DNA of 64,000 nt from Raja brachyura (Eukaryota). Position numbers and translations under genes: made by a program. Below the pieces are notes generated by a model that searched no databases, was not told the origin of the DNA, and saw only the letters and a list, made by a program, of their open reading frames with translations. Below, piece by piece: positions 36,323 to 48,605 of the stretch. Position 1 is the stretch's first letter; every line of letters begins with the position of its first letter. The stretch lies in assembly GCA_963514005.1 (NCBI GenBank), contig OY740787.1, positions 22,320,001-22,384,000 of the forward strand. The letters are read 5' to 3'.

Positions 36323-39300
36323 TAACGTGCATGTACCTCCTCAATTGAAAAAAAACAAGCAAGTTATTCAGTGCGTACTTTGCGAATATTCTAAGTTTAT
36401 GTTATAAGGCAGAGCAACATTTTGAAATACTTATGGTAATCCAAATTGAAAAAACACCCTCTTGCTCTGTATGAGTGTGGCAAAGTACAGAGGATTTTAA
36501 AAGCTGTAAACTACACTGTTCATTTCATTACAGCCATTTTGTGGAACTCTGAAATATGCCTCTGAAGGGATACTTGTTTGCAAGTTCATGATCTGCTGGT
36601 AAAATCGGTCTTTCGTGAAAGAATTTCCTTATAAAAATGTAGCTTCACGAACTATGCACATTTAGATATCAGGCAAATCTTTCCTTTCTTACACTTTAAA
36701 ATCGAGTGGAGAACAAGGCGTACCTGGATGAGATTACAAAGCGATAATTTAATGGGCAAGCTCATATTTATATTATAATGATACACAAGAGAAAAGTGGA
36801 TGGCTTAGAAAATGGTTAAACCACAAGATGCGATTTCTGCCTTGTTTTTTTTCCCCCCAGCAATTGTTATTACACATTTGTAATAAAATGTACAACATGA
36901 AATAGATGAGTTGCCTCATTCTGTTTTTGATACATTTGAAGGGCAGCAACAGAATAACTTGGAAGCATCCTTGGTGGTGCAATAAAGAAACACACATCAT
37001 TGCTGACCCATGTCTAAGGAAAAACTGTTGCTGTCAAGAAAAACAAAGCATTTTAAGAATGAAACAAATAATATGCTATTGATCACCCACACTCTTCACT
37101 GGTACACCATTGTTGTATATTGTAAAGTGCCAATAGTTTGCCTGCATATTCAGTTTAACACAAACTGCAATTATTTACTAACAATTCCTATGTTCATTTA
37201 AAAAAAGATTTATATTACGTTATATTTTACTGTAACTCAGTTTAACTGTATCCCCGGAAAATACAGAAAAAAACGTTAGTTCTAAGCAATGTTATTTTTC
37301 ACTCTTTGAGTTACTATACACATCAACAAATTCAGTTTAAAAAAAAAATGCTATTCTCCACAACCGTTTTTTTTTAAATCACTATAACCATTCATTTATT
37401 TTATCTTCTATAAGTACAGACATGCGAAGATGTAACTTTGTGCTTACCAATTACTTCAATGATAACCTGCTTCAGTAATGTGTGGGCTTAGGCACACACA
37501 TTTTACTTTGGGGCATCATGACTGAAACCAATATTGTTCACTCACTCACAAGCACGCATACATTTTCTAACAGGAACCTGAATTGTGGGTAATTTGCCTT
37601 TAATTGACAATTGCAATAACCTGACTGCCATCTTCTGAAGTAGCTCAGTGGTGATCCTGGAGTCTTCCAAGACGTATATCTCATTTACAGACAACTGAAA
37701 TGGTATAGTACATTATATAAACACATATATAACACATAAAACATATATAGGTTCATATTAGATGGCTTTTCCTTTTAATAAGGAGTCACATGCAATCACA
37801 TTTTCTATAAATAAATCTATTGCTTATTTTGATTTCAATTGCCTTTTAAAAGCCTGATTTCCTATCTTGTTCTAAATATTTATTTTCTTTTAGCAAATGA
37901 GTTATGATGAAGTTCGTAGTTCTGGAGTATCTAGGCCTAGAACTCAATACAGGAACTGTCATCTTTAAGTCCACAGTACACTACACAGCCATATACTAAT
38001 ACTAACATCAATAAATTACATTACTGATCACTTCTGTCTTACTAATATAATGGGTTGAGGTCTCTGGTCTTACTTCCATTTCCGCCTGGAGGCTATGCGT
38101 AGATTTTAACATGGCCTCAGTGATCATAATACAAAACCAAAATCACCCAGATATTTAAATCCTTAATTATGCCAACTAGACTACTTTGCTTTTGCTAAAT
38201 GGAAGGAGAGACATGGAGAGAGAGAATGGACAGGATTAGTGAGATACAGGAGTCATCTGGTAAGAAGCACTGATAAACTCTCCGTGATCCCACTATAATG
38301 TTGGCAGGAATGTTCCAAAACCTTAGTGCCTTAAATACGTAAAGATTGTAATAAAATTGCTGGTTCCCCTTGGATTTCTAACATAACCATTATTGTAATT
38401 TTAATAAAATATTTGCAACATTACTCACTTCAAAAAGGAGACACCAATCTGCCTGTTGTATGCTCTTTGTTTAACATATTTCCTGTTTTTTCTAACACTA
38501 TATTATCATTCAACAATCACACTGTTAAAAGTTGATTGATAGACATGGATATGATCTAAGCTAGTGGACCTTTGAGGCCAATAATGTTTTTGTGCTAAAC
38601 CCAAACTTCAGTCATTTCATGATTGTTAATTGGAATAAACTCACTTTGTTCCCAGATAGCTCAGCGGGGCATAAGAATTAACTTGTGTGGTCTTTAGCTA
38701 TGTTGGATCAGGAAAATCTGCATCTTAACACCCTATTTTCTTCTTTACATTCAAAGCAAATCAACAAAATAAGGGTTTTTTCCCCCCTAGCAACTCCAGG
38801 CTACTATATGAAGGACTAACAGGACTATATGTGAACAAACAAACGTGTTCCAGCAAACTACAAAAGTGGAATGTGCTCTTTCCTTTTACACACCAAACAG
38901 ACAGCAGTGGTCCTTTAAAACTTTTATAGTTCCCATAATTACAAGTGTTTGAGGCCCTCCTCATAAGACTGTCCTTAAGAGTCATATAAAAGCACAGCAT
39001 AGCTGGATGTATTCTACAGATGCTGATTTGCATGTTGAAAAGCATCAGTAAATGGGGCAACTACTGACTGTCCTGCATCAGACAGGATTCACAGTGAGGC
39101 CTTAGTAAACTTTCTGCCTTTGAAGAGTGAGAACTATCTTCCTACTAATTAAGTATATGAGAATGTACAAGGCATGATTGGTAAGTTTGTCGATGACATT
39201 AAAATAAGTGGTATCGCAGACAGTGAAGATGGCTATCAACAAGTGGGTTGTTGATTAGCTTGGCAAGTGAACTGAGGAATGCCAAATGGAGTTTAATTCA

Positions 39301-39588
39301 GATAAGTCTGAGATGTGCATTTTGCGAATCCAAAGCAGGTCAGGACATTCACGGTAAATGTAGGCCATTGGAAACTGTTGAAGATCAGAGGGATCCAGGA
39401 GTACAAGTATGTAGTTCCCTGAAAGTGGTGTCACAGGAAGATCGGGTGATGAAGAAGGCTTTTGGCATACTGGCCTTCATCAGTCATGGAATTGAGTATA
39501 GAAGTTGTGACATTATGGTACAGTTGTGCAAGACGTTGTTGAGACCGCACTTGGAGTTTTGTTTTCAGTTTTGGTTATTCTGCTATAG

Positions 39589-40020
39589 CAGGGGCCTCCA
39601 AACTTTTCAGCATGAGGGCCACATTATATATTTGACACATGTTATGGCACACACACACANNNNNNNNNNNNNNNNNNNNNNNNNNNNNNNNNNNNNNNNN
39701 NNNNNNNNNNNNNNNNNNNNNNNNNNNNNNNNNNNNNNNNNNNNNNNNNNNNNNNNNNNNNNNNNNNNNNNNNNNNNNNNNNNNNNNNNNNNNNNNNNNN
39801 NNNNNNNNNNNNNNNNNNNNNNNNNCTCCCCGGGGCCATCGACGGCAACCTGTCAGCAGCTGAACACAAACCATCAACTTGATAGCCAACGGCAAACTGA
39901 CGTGTAACTGAACCCGCTAAATAACCCGCCACACGGAACGTGTTAAGAGCTTGCTGCGGGCCGGATAAAATCTCGTGGCGGGCCATATGTGGCCCACGGG
40001 CCATAGTTCGGAGACCCCTG
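39589..40020. mobile_element. Non-autonomous hAT (Charlie-like) DNA transposon
   Basis: Terminal inverted repeats (TIRs) caggggcctccaaact / agttcggagacccctg (14/16); 8 bp TSD tgctatag (39581-39588) / tgctacag (40021-40028). Contains the gap at 39660-39825. Confidence 0.92.
39660..39825. other. Assembly gap (166 N) after a (CA)n run
   Basis: N run. Confidence 0.99.
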
Positions 40021-40049
40021 TGCTACAGGAAAGATGTCACTAAGCAGGA

Positions 40050-40195
40050 ATTCGCACATTGGGTGACTAATGTTCTATCCCATACACTAGGGACAATATA
40101 CAGAAGCCAATTAACTTACAAACCTGCACATCTTAGGAATGTGGGAGAAATCCAGAGCACCTGGAGAAAACCCACGTGGTCACAGGGGGAGCCTA
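40050..40195 (-). mobile_element. HE1-type SINE fragment
   Basis: 'cactagggacaat...gccaattaacttacaaacctgcacatct...aatgtgggagaaatccagagcacctggagaaaacccacgtggtcacaggg'. Confidence 0.85.
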
Positions 40196-41569
40196 TATGT
40201 TTCCGTGCTGAATGACTCAATGAGTTGATGTTGAAGTTAAGAACTAAAAAAACATTATTAAGCTCCCTGTTGATTATTAGCACTAAACTTGCAATATAGT
40301 AGTATGTTAGCTTTGTTCTCTCCCACCGCAATTTGGTTTAATTGAAACAAAATTTGTAAATAAAGTGCAACATTTTGCTACTGCTATTTACAGATTTACC
40401 TCTTACTACCCAAGGACCATATCGTTCTCAATGATTTTTCATAAATTAAAGTAGTAAAAACATCTCAACTCTTGTATATTTATTCAGCTTTTGTGGAAGC
40501 CCATCGTAATCTTCACGTTCAGATCTAGACAGTCAAACAGCTCTTTACTCCTATATAGTGTTAGAAGATTGGAATCATTGTAAGCTAGATGTCAGTACCA
40601 AAAGATCTTCACCTTACCTCTTGTTCCTGCCCCTCCACCCCATCTCCTTCCTCCTTGAGTATACCCTAGCATTTCCTAAGCCTGCAATTTAGCATTCGCG
40701 TGGCCGTTTCCAACCACAACTTCCTTAGTTTAATAGATACCCATCACTAATGTTCACCAGAATACATTTTATCAGTGCATTCCTGTAAGTGAAAAGTGAT
40801 ATGTTGTTTTAGTACAATGTGTACTCAAGACTTTCAAATAGAAGTGCCTTCTGATTGTTACTTGTTATAATGTGGGTTCTTGGACGTCTGAGATACCGCT
40901 GCATGGAATCATTGTTTCGCATTATGGCGAACAACTAAACCATCTCACTTACTCAAGTGGCAGAGAGTGCTGCTCCTGTACCACGAAAACAGTCACCAGT
41001 TCGTGAAAGGCAGAGATTCGGACAGATTCAGCTCCTGTTGATTCTTGGTATCTTGGCCTTTGGTCTTGACAAGTCCATCAATACTGTCACAAATGGTCTT
41101 CTATGGCCCCCTGACATGCAAAGATCGAAGACCTTATCAGTTGGTTCATAAAACTGTGGAAATGAAAGTCATGCCATGCACTTTATCAAGCAAGAACAAT
41201 GATAGTAAAGATAAACTTCTACACTGAAGTACCTGCCACCACCATTTTGTCGCAGAAGTTGTGGTGGAATGGTGGAAATACAAGTTAACAGACAGGGGAC
41301 TGATTCCTCTGCTTTTACCATAGCCCTGACAAGTCTCATGTTATCAAAAGTGTTACTTTGAGACAGTTTTTGACTACCAGAGTTTGTTAAATTTATTGTG
41401 ATGGATATTTACTCCATTCTGTGTTAAAAACAATCAATATGCAAAGAGATAGTTTTCACTTTTATAGCTGCCTTTTTAAAATCAGTTTGAACGGGACAAT
41501 TTCAAAGTTGTTGTTGTTGTTGAAGTACCCCAGTAGGTTGCTGCATTCACAATGGGGAATGAGAATGAC

Positions 41570-41790
41570 ACTTGCTAGTAGAGCTGCTGCCCACAGCAAC
41601 AGAGACCCAGATTTGATCTTGACCTGTATTCTGTCAGTGTGGAGCTTGCACATTCTCTCTGTGACCATGTGGGGTTTCCTCCATTTGCTCCTGTTTCCAT
41701 CCACGCTCAAAGATGTGTGACTGTTGCTTCATTTGCTTTGGCAAATTTCCCCTAGTGTGGACGTGGATGCAAAAGTGGGATATCAACAAT
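41570..41790 (+). mobile_element. HE1-type SINE (older)
   Basis: 'gtagagctgctgcccacagcaacagagacccag...gtgtggagcttgcacattctctctgtgacc'. Confidence 0.82.
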
Positions 41791-42029
41791 AACAGCAATT
41801 GCTCATCTATCAGTCTCATTTACTTTTAACTATAACGTTACGTGTGGATTTTGATCATATTGAAAGGCAATGTGAGTTTTACGGAGATTTAAAGCTGTGG
41901 GAAAATATTCATGTCCAATGCTTTTCTGATGGTATAGGTTTTATAGCCCACCAATCTAAGCAGCTGCCCTTCAATGGTATAGTAAAAATAGTAACTGTCA
42001 CTGGGCATATTATACTCAGTGGGAAACAT

Positions 42030-42460
42030 GGCTGGTGATAGCTCTTTGAGTTCTGAGTCAGAAACTCAATTGTTTAAATCATACTCTAGTGACTTGAGCG
42101 CAGAGAACTAATCTAATAGTCCAGTGCAATGCAGAGAGACTGCTGTTGAAGGTGCTGTCTTTCAGATGCATACATAAACTGGTGTCCCATCTGCTTTCTA
42201 GAGTGGATATGAGATGATGCCTCCATGCTATTTCCAAAAGGAACATGATAGTTAACCTGGCCAATAGTTATCCTTCAAGTCTACATCCTTAAAGCAAAGT
42301 ATGTGGTCATTGTGGCATTGTTATTTGTGGGGTCTAGTGGGGTTATTTGCCTGCCACACTTTCTACAGCATGGTAGAGATAACACTTTAAAGGTATTTTG
42401 CAGACCATAAGGAACTACTATGTTTTGAGATCATGAAAGATGCTCTATACACATTGTCTT
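42030..42460 (+). mobile_element. Ancient DeuSINE, near full length
   Basis: 'tctgagtcagaa...gacttgagc...ggtgctgtctttcagatg...cctggccaatagttatccttcaa...catgaaagatgctctata'. Confidence 0.75.
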
Positions 42461-42598
42461 TGTATGTATTTTAACACATAATTGCATTTTACAGCAGAAC
42501 AGTGGCAATACTTTTAAGTAAATGTTGCGATCTGTTTGAAAAAGGTGACACTAAGAGTGAAAGTGAATGAATTTTATTAAATTATGTACTGAGGGTAA

Positions 42599-43347
42599 AG
42601 GGCCTGTCCCACTGACGCGACCTGTCAGCAACTGTCTTCGACCTTCAAGCTCGAAGGCACTCGCCTGAAAAACCTCGAGCTGGATCGACTGTCAGCGATG
42701 AAACCGCGAGCTGGATCGACCGACCGCGCACACACACACACAAACACATCACAAAGGCGGGGCCCAGGGAAAGCGGGGGAGCGCTGTCTGAAATTCACAC
42801 CCGCGATGAAGACGAAGGTAAAAGATGGCTGCATATTGTACAGTAAGCCCTTTCGAGAGCGCGGGGGGGGGGGGGGGGGGGAGAGAAGGGGAGAGAAGGG
42901 GAGAGAAGGGGGGGAGAAGGAGTGGAGACACATTTAAGAAGCCAGACAACTTCTAATAAAGTTTAGCGGGCATTTAACATTACTGGTCGTTTTTTCTTGG
43001 TCCTGAAAACTCCAATGAGCCAATTAAAATGCCCGGTCAGCGACGGAGATTGCCTACGGCTGCCCTTGACTGCCTATAACTACATAGTGACCCCACTTCA
43101 CTGCACTATGAGTTCAAAAGAACCATGCCAGACAATTTTTATTTGCGGAAAGTTTTTCAACATGTTGAAAATGTTTCCTCGGCCAAACTGAGGCCAAGAG
43201 TATGCGGGAACTTCCCTCGAGCATGAAGGAGAGTTCCAGTGACCTCATAGGATCTCCTAGGATCACGTGTCGACCACGCTGCGAGCTTGAGTCAAGAGCA
43301 AACTCTTCTAATCTCGCAGATTAGGTCGCCGCAGTGGGACAGCCCCT
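42599..43347. mobile_element. Non-autonomous PIF/Harbinger-type DNA transposon (749 bp)
   Basis: 25 bp TIRs agggcctgtcccactgacgcgacct / aggtcgccgcagtgggacagcccct; 3 bp flanks taa / caa (TAA-type TSD with one mismatch); CpG-rich interior and no transposase ORF. Confidence 0.85.
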
Positions 43348-43511
43348 CAAGGCATTTGCGAGCAGGTATTGTGGTTGCACTTGTTGATGTTCTTTGTATA
43401 GATCATGTTTGTGGTACACCTGATCTGCTGGCATATGCATTCCTATTTAAAGATCTTGCCCAGGTGATCGGTGGTGCTGCCAAGTGACTACTTTTAGGAG
43501 TTATACATGAC

Positions 43512-43564
43512 CTGCAATCTATATCTATGTCTAACTGCAATCTGTATCTATGTCTAACTGCAAT
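43512..43564. repeat. 23 bp tandem repeat x2.3
   Basis: ctgcaatct(a/g)tatctatgtctaa repeated. Confidence 0.9.
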
Positions 43565-44384
43565 GCACCTAGTTCAATGCCAAAGATTATTTTACTTGAA
43601 CCTTGCTGGCTGATTGCCTTTTGAATTGTGTAGGGTGTGGTGCAGAAATACTGCTGAACTGTGTGCCAATTACCTACAGCTCCGGAAGTCTACACTGGCA
43701 TTGCTAAAGTGTATCGTATGATAAAGCAGATCATGATACCGTTTTCCACTAGCTGCCTTATTGAGCCAAACTGAAAATGCATTTTGAAATTAGAATGTTC
43801 ATTCCCAATAGACATGTGTGCAAAGTGTTTATGTTGTGCCTCTGATCTATTTAACTAATGACATATATTAAAAAAATAGTGGCAAAGTAGGTAACTTCTG
43901 TGAAGTGGGGATTGTCATCGCTGGTTGAATTATCCTATTTTGATGATTGGCTGATATATACTTCCACCAACTAGAATACTCTACTGGAAATATGAAAATT
44001 ATCCATTCATGTCCCAGATTTGGACTCCTCCACACCACTATTCCCATTACCGTTCACTATCATGTGCAATAAGGAAAGATTTGATTAATGTATTTTTCAT
44101 TCTCGATTAGACTTAAGTTTCAAAGCAGTCCCATTGTGCAAGGGCACTCAGCATGCCAGATCTTTGCTCAAGATCAGTTTATTTCTCTCATCTGTAATTA
44201 CGGATGCTTCATTCATCAAACTGATTCCTTTAATTTTCCCGAATTTGTAACCATGCTCAGCATTGGTGAGCAATATTCTTAAGGGCTGATAATTGGAGTG
44301 TACTGTTCCCTGGATCTGCATAACAACAGCCAGGTTCTCTTTGGTCATTAAGCAGAGCATACATTTATACCCATATTGTATATG

Positions 44385-44769
44385 CGATACGATAAAAGTT
44401 TATTAATCCCCGGAGGGAAATTGGTCTGCCGACAGTCACTACAGACAAGGTACACAAAAACTTTAAACTAAAAGTGAAAACAAAAAGAAAAAGACAAGCA
44501 ACTGTTGGCTGGCACCTTCACCGGGACAAATGAACAAGCAAACACAGACTTATCCCCTGGACAGAGGATTCTCAACTAGAGGCCCCCCCCCCCCCCCTTC
44601 CCCATACCGGGTCCCCCTTTGTTCACCCACTGTCCCTCACAGCGCTCCCCCCACGATGGGTCCCCATTGTTCTTAACGGCGGTCTCCTAATGCCGGGTCC
44701 CATTGTTTTCCCCTCCCCCTTCACACTCATCGACCGCAAGGCCCCACTGCCGCCGAGTCTCCCGCTGCC
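44385..44769 (-). mobile_element. GC-rich retroposon 3' end with (ATCGT)n tail
   Basis: The - strand ends 'aatttccctccggggattaataaacttttatcgtatcg', a stem-loop/AATAAA/microsatellite tail as in L2/Rex-type ends. Possible TSD gtatatg (44378-44384) / gtacatg (44770-44776). Confidence 0.65.
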
Positions 44770-44951
44770 GTACATGAATAAGCTCTCTTGTCCATGTGGT
44801 ATTGTGATCACCTGCTCTGTAATGTACAAGGCCAAGGCCAGTGTTGGCTATGTCATTTTAAAATATCATATTTTAACTGTGGTAGACCATATATACTCTC
44901 TGCTCTCCTCTAACCCTCAGTCTCCCACCAACATGGAAAGGTTACACGAAT

Positions 44952-45268
44952 GGAGACACAAGTGACTGCAGATGCTGGCATCTTGAGCAAAAAAAAAGAA
45001 CTGCTGGAGGAACTTAGCGCGTCAGGCAGCTTCAAACTGATAACGTTTTGGGTGGGACTTTTCTTGGTGACTGGAGTAAAGGGGATAGAGCTGGTAGAAA
45101 GAGGTTGGAGCAAGAGCTGGGCAGGTATGGGGTACATGTGCTGGCAAGTGATAGATTAATCCAAGCCGCCTGGATTCACCTGTCACTTGCCAGCTCTTGC
45201 CTACCCCTTCGCCTCACCTCTTTCGACCAGCTACTCCCCTCTACCCCAGCAGTTTGAAATGGGTTTTT
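44952..45268. mobile_element. Penelope terminus with longer inverted 3' UTR
   Basis: Terminus at 44955-45065; inverted arms 'gctggcaagtgatagattaatcca' / 'tggattcacctgtcacttgccagc' centred at ~45167. Confidence 0.8.
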
Positions 45269-45811
45269 GCCCCTTAATGAGAGAAACAAATGTAACCCGT
45301 CAGGTTGATTATCGAAAATAGACAGTCTGGAAGTGCTTGGTTCCATCACAGGGAACAAGGCAAAAGAAAATCTGTCTTTCCCCCATGTTAGCACAAATCT
45401 CGTACAATTTCAGCTCAAGAATTTCAGGCCCATTTGTCACATCCAATTAAACTGAGCTGCTATCTTCATGCATAGGCTTTTAGCACAAATATTACTGAAA
45501 TGAAATGAAAGTAGCCTTTAAGTAACAGTAACACAAGGAAAGGCATTATGACTCCCTTGGTAGCTCAGCGCGTTTTAGATGGCCAGTACCTGAATTGTAC
45601 AGGCCAGGAATATTTATTCACAGCATGTTAATTTAGCTGTTTTCAGCAGAAGCAGCTAGTCCCCTTCCTGCCCCATCACGTGCCCTCCTCCACCCCTCCT
45701 TACTGGGTGCATCAATGCCAGGAATGGGAGTGGTGGGTGGGAAATAACCACGGTTCTCACACTTGATCCTAATCAAATTCCTTCCCCGCAGCAGAGCAGG
45801 CTTCTTTTGCC

Positions 45812-46070
45812 TTCTATCCATGTTCTTCAGGGATGCTGCCCGACCTGCTAAATTGCTCTGGCACTCGTGTCCTTTTTTTTGTAAACAAGCATCTGCAGTT
45901 CTTTGTTTCTACTATCTCCTTTCGTCCCCTACCAGTTCTGACAAAGGATGTTCAACCTGACATGTTAGCTCTGTTTCTCTTCCCACAGATGCATCCTGAC
46001 TAGCTGAGTATATCCAGTATGTTCTGTTTTTATTTCAGACTTCCGACATCTGCTGTTTGTATTTGCTTTT
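45812..46070 (+). mobile_element. Two adjacent Penelope termini (younger and older subfamily)
   Basis: 'gatgctgcccgacctgct...gcatctgcagttc' followed by 'cagttctgacaaaggatgttcaacctgacatgttagctctgtttctct'. Confidence 0.7.
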
Positions 46071-48373
46071 CACTTTCTGTTGGAAGTGCCTTTAGACGGA
46101 TAAACTATGAGAGCAGGATCAGGCCTGACTGCGTGTTCACTGATGCCCAGCGTCAGGTGTAAGACACAAACACTGAATATTCGGCTTGGTTATTGGGAAT
46201 CATCTGATCTTACTCCAGCAACCAGAGAATTTATTTCAAAGGACAGAAGTGGAATGAAAATTTAAGGGAAACTAATGTTAAAAATAATTCAGTCAAACAA
46301 CAGTGGGCTTATTTTTGCAATGGGCTACAATTATTTATTTCAAAACATAAATATCACATGCCATGCAGCAATGCTAAATATTTTTGCCTTTTTGAAATGG
46401 AACTGTTAAATATACCAGGGAGCACAAGGGTTAATTATTCTGCAATCATAAATACAACAGGACAAAGAAAAGTATAAAAATAAGTTGAATTGCCTACCTA
46501 CCCTCTTGCTTTTCTGTTGAAACAATGCAGTGTGCATTGTACGTCTTTGTGAACGAGAGTGGGTGGGAGTGAGCTGTGTGCCTTGCCCTTGTCCAGTTTT
46601 GGGTCGAAACAAATTGATGCTGATGCAATGTAGTTGGCATCTGGTCAACTCTGGGGGATGAGATTTGCTGCCAGTGCAGTCCCCCAGGTGGTTATGCGCT
46701 CTGTAATGGCTGGTGGAGGGAAGGCAATGGAAACTGATATCCACTGTTGCTACATGTAAAATACTTAACCCCAGCATTATTCTCTTAGATAATGAAGGGA
46801 TAGTCCAGATTATTGATGTTTTATTACTTTATCTATGTAAGCATGCCTTTTCTTCTACTGCTGACGTTCAGGGAGTTATTGCAATGCCTTGCCTAAATAC
46901 GGGGGGCAAGGAAAAATATAGTCCTGTTGTATTCTTGCAGGGTTAACTTTTACATAAGCTATTTTGTTAAGCCACAGAACTCAAACAAATATTTTCCCTC
47001 TTGCTTAGTTGAAGTCAGTTATGCACCTTCAGTGCCAGCTAGGCTGAACCTACACGGGACAATGCAGACCAAGGATTAGCCTTCCAGTGTGCGTACAGTC
47101 ACTGTGACCCAGTGCACCACATTTACCTATTGACCCTTGCAGGAAATTGCACTAAGCAATGACCTGGACTTTTGTGCAAAATGGGTGATGTTTACATGTG
47201 TATCAGTGGCATTTCCCTCAGTAAGTGAAGGAAAGTTAGGGACTCCCGTCAAAGCATGTGGAAATATGCTGTAATATGTTGACATTCCCTACAGCTGATC
47301 GTTGCTGTTATTCTGAATGATGTTATTCTGATGTTGGGACTCTTCATAGTTTCTAGCCATGGAGTATCACCACCCCAAAGTTTCCCAGAAGTTATGTAGA
47401 GAAATCATCTGACAAAGAAAACCAGGTGCTTTTGTTGTTTTTAATTAATTTTGAAATTAATTAAAAATAATTCACAAACATGTTCACTTTTTTTTATAAT
47501 GATCAATGTGAGTAACACACACAAACATTCAAATTATTTGATAGCATTGATAGACAGTGTCCTCCAGAGGTGTGTCTTTTCCAGCTGTTAAAGCATTTCC
47601 ATGGGATTTCCAGTCAGAAAGCGCTGCACCGCACAAGAGTTTATTTATCAGGTCAAGGTTGACTTCATCCAGGAAATTCCCAGCAGACAGGAGAGCAACA
47701 AGTGTGGATAGCTAACCGCTCCCAGGAAATTTGGGATCAAATTTTAACTGGAAAACTCTTGCCGTCTTATTTCAATGTCAATTTGAACTTGCATTTGAAG
47801 CTTGATTAAAACGAAGTACATTTCCCCTCACAGTTGTATTGTATTCGTTTCTCTTGACAACATGAAAACTCAGATGCTTCAGTTATGCCTGGAAATTCTT
47901 TGGAATAGAGAGAGGTTTGATACAGAACAAATATTGAACTGATCCACTGTGGGGATTCAGCTCTATGAGAGTATTTGGAAAGTGAAACATCTCAAATGAG
48001 TATGACGTGAGTTTTGTCTCCTCTGAGAAAACAAAAGCCAATTGCATGGTATTTGCTACAGCAAGAACACAAGGAAAATACCTCCTACTAACATTTGTTT
48101 GGATTTGGAATCATTCACTTGAAATGATGGACAATGTCGATTGCATAAACCATGTTAAGGGTGGTCGAGGGTGAGAAATCTATTGCTTTGGCCTAAATGC
48201 AGGTGTGCAGGATTGACCCCAAGAGTTCTTTGAGAATAGCTAGCCCAAGCACAATAGGCTGCCTGACCTCCCTCTGTGCTGTAAACCTCTACAATCATGA
48301 CTGTGATATGATCATCTACTAAATACATGTATGAGTAGTCACTGCTTAGATATCCAAAGGCATGTTTACTGTG

Positions 48374-48605
48374 TAGGATGGAACTGCAGATGCTGGTTTA
48401 AACCCAAGATAGGCACAAAAAGCTGGAGTAACTCAGCAGGACAGCGGGACAGGCAGCATCTCTGGAGAGAAAGATTGGGTGACGTTAAACGTCGAGACCC
48501 TTTTTCAGTCTGAAGAAGGGTCTCGACCTGAAACATCACCCATTCCTTCTTTCTGGAGATGCTGCCTATCTTGCTGAGTTACACGTGCTTTTTGTGCCTA
48601 TCTTC
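48374..48605. mobile_element. Penelope-derived fold-back element with 15 bp TSD
   Basis: Arms centred at ~48509; TSD ggcatgtttactgtg (48359-48373) / ggcatgttgactgtg (48606-48620). Confidence 0.92.
48510..48537 (+). ncRNA. Minimal type I hammerhead ribozyme motif (PLE-associated)
   Basis: CUGAAGA-A-GGGUCUCGACCU-GAAAC-AUC: core boxes intact, NUH site AUC, helix III palindrome altered. Confidence 0.5.

Larger units (their letters stand above)
39160..40045 (+). mobile_element. CR1/HER1 LINE RT fragment split by a hAT MITE
   Basis: 'aagtttgtcgatgac' (KFxDD) at ~39183. The ORF reads QRDPGVQV...KKAFGILAFISHGIEYRS...LLRPHLEFCFQFW and resumes as CYRKDV after 40020. Confidence 0.9.
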
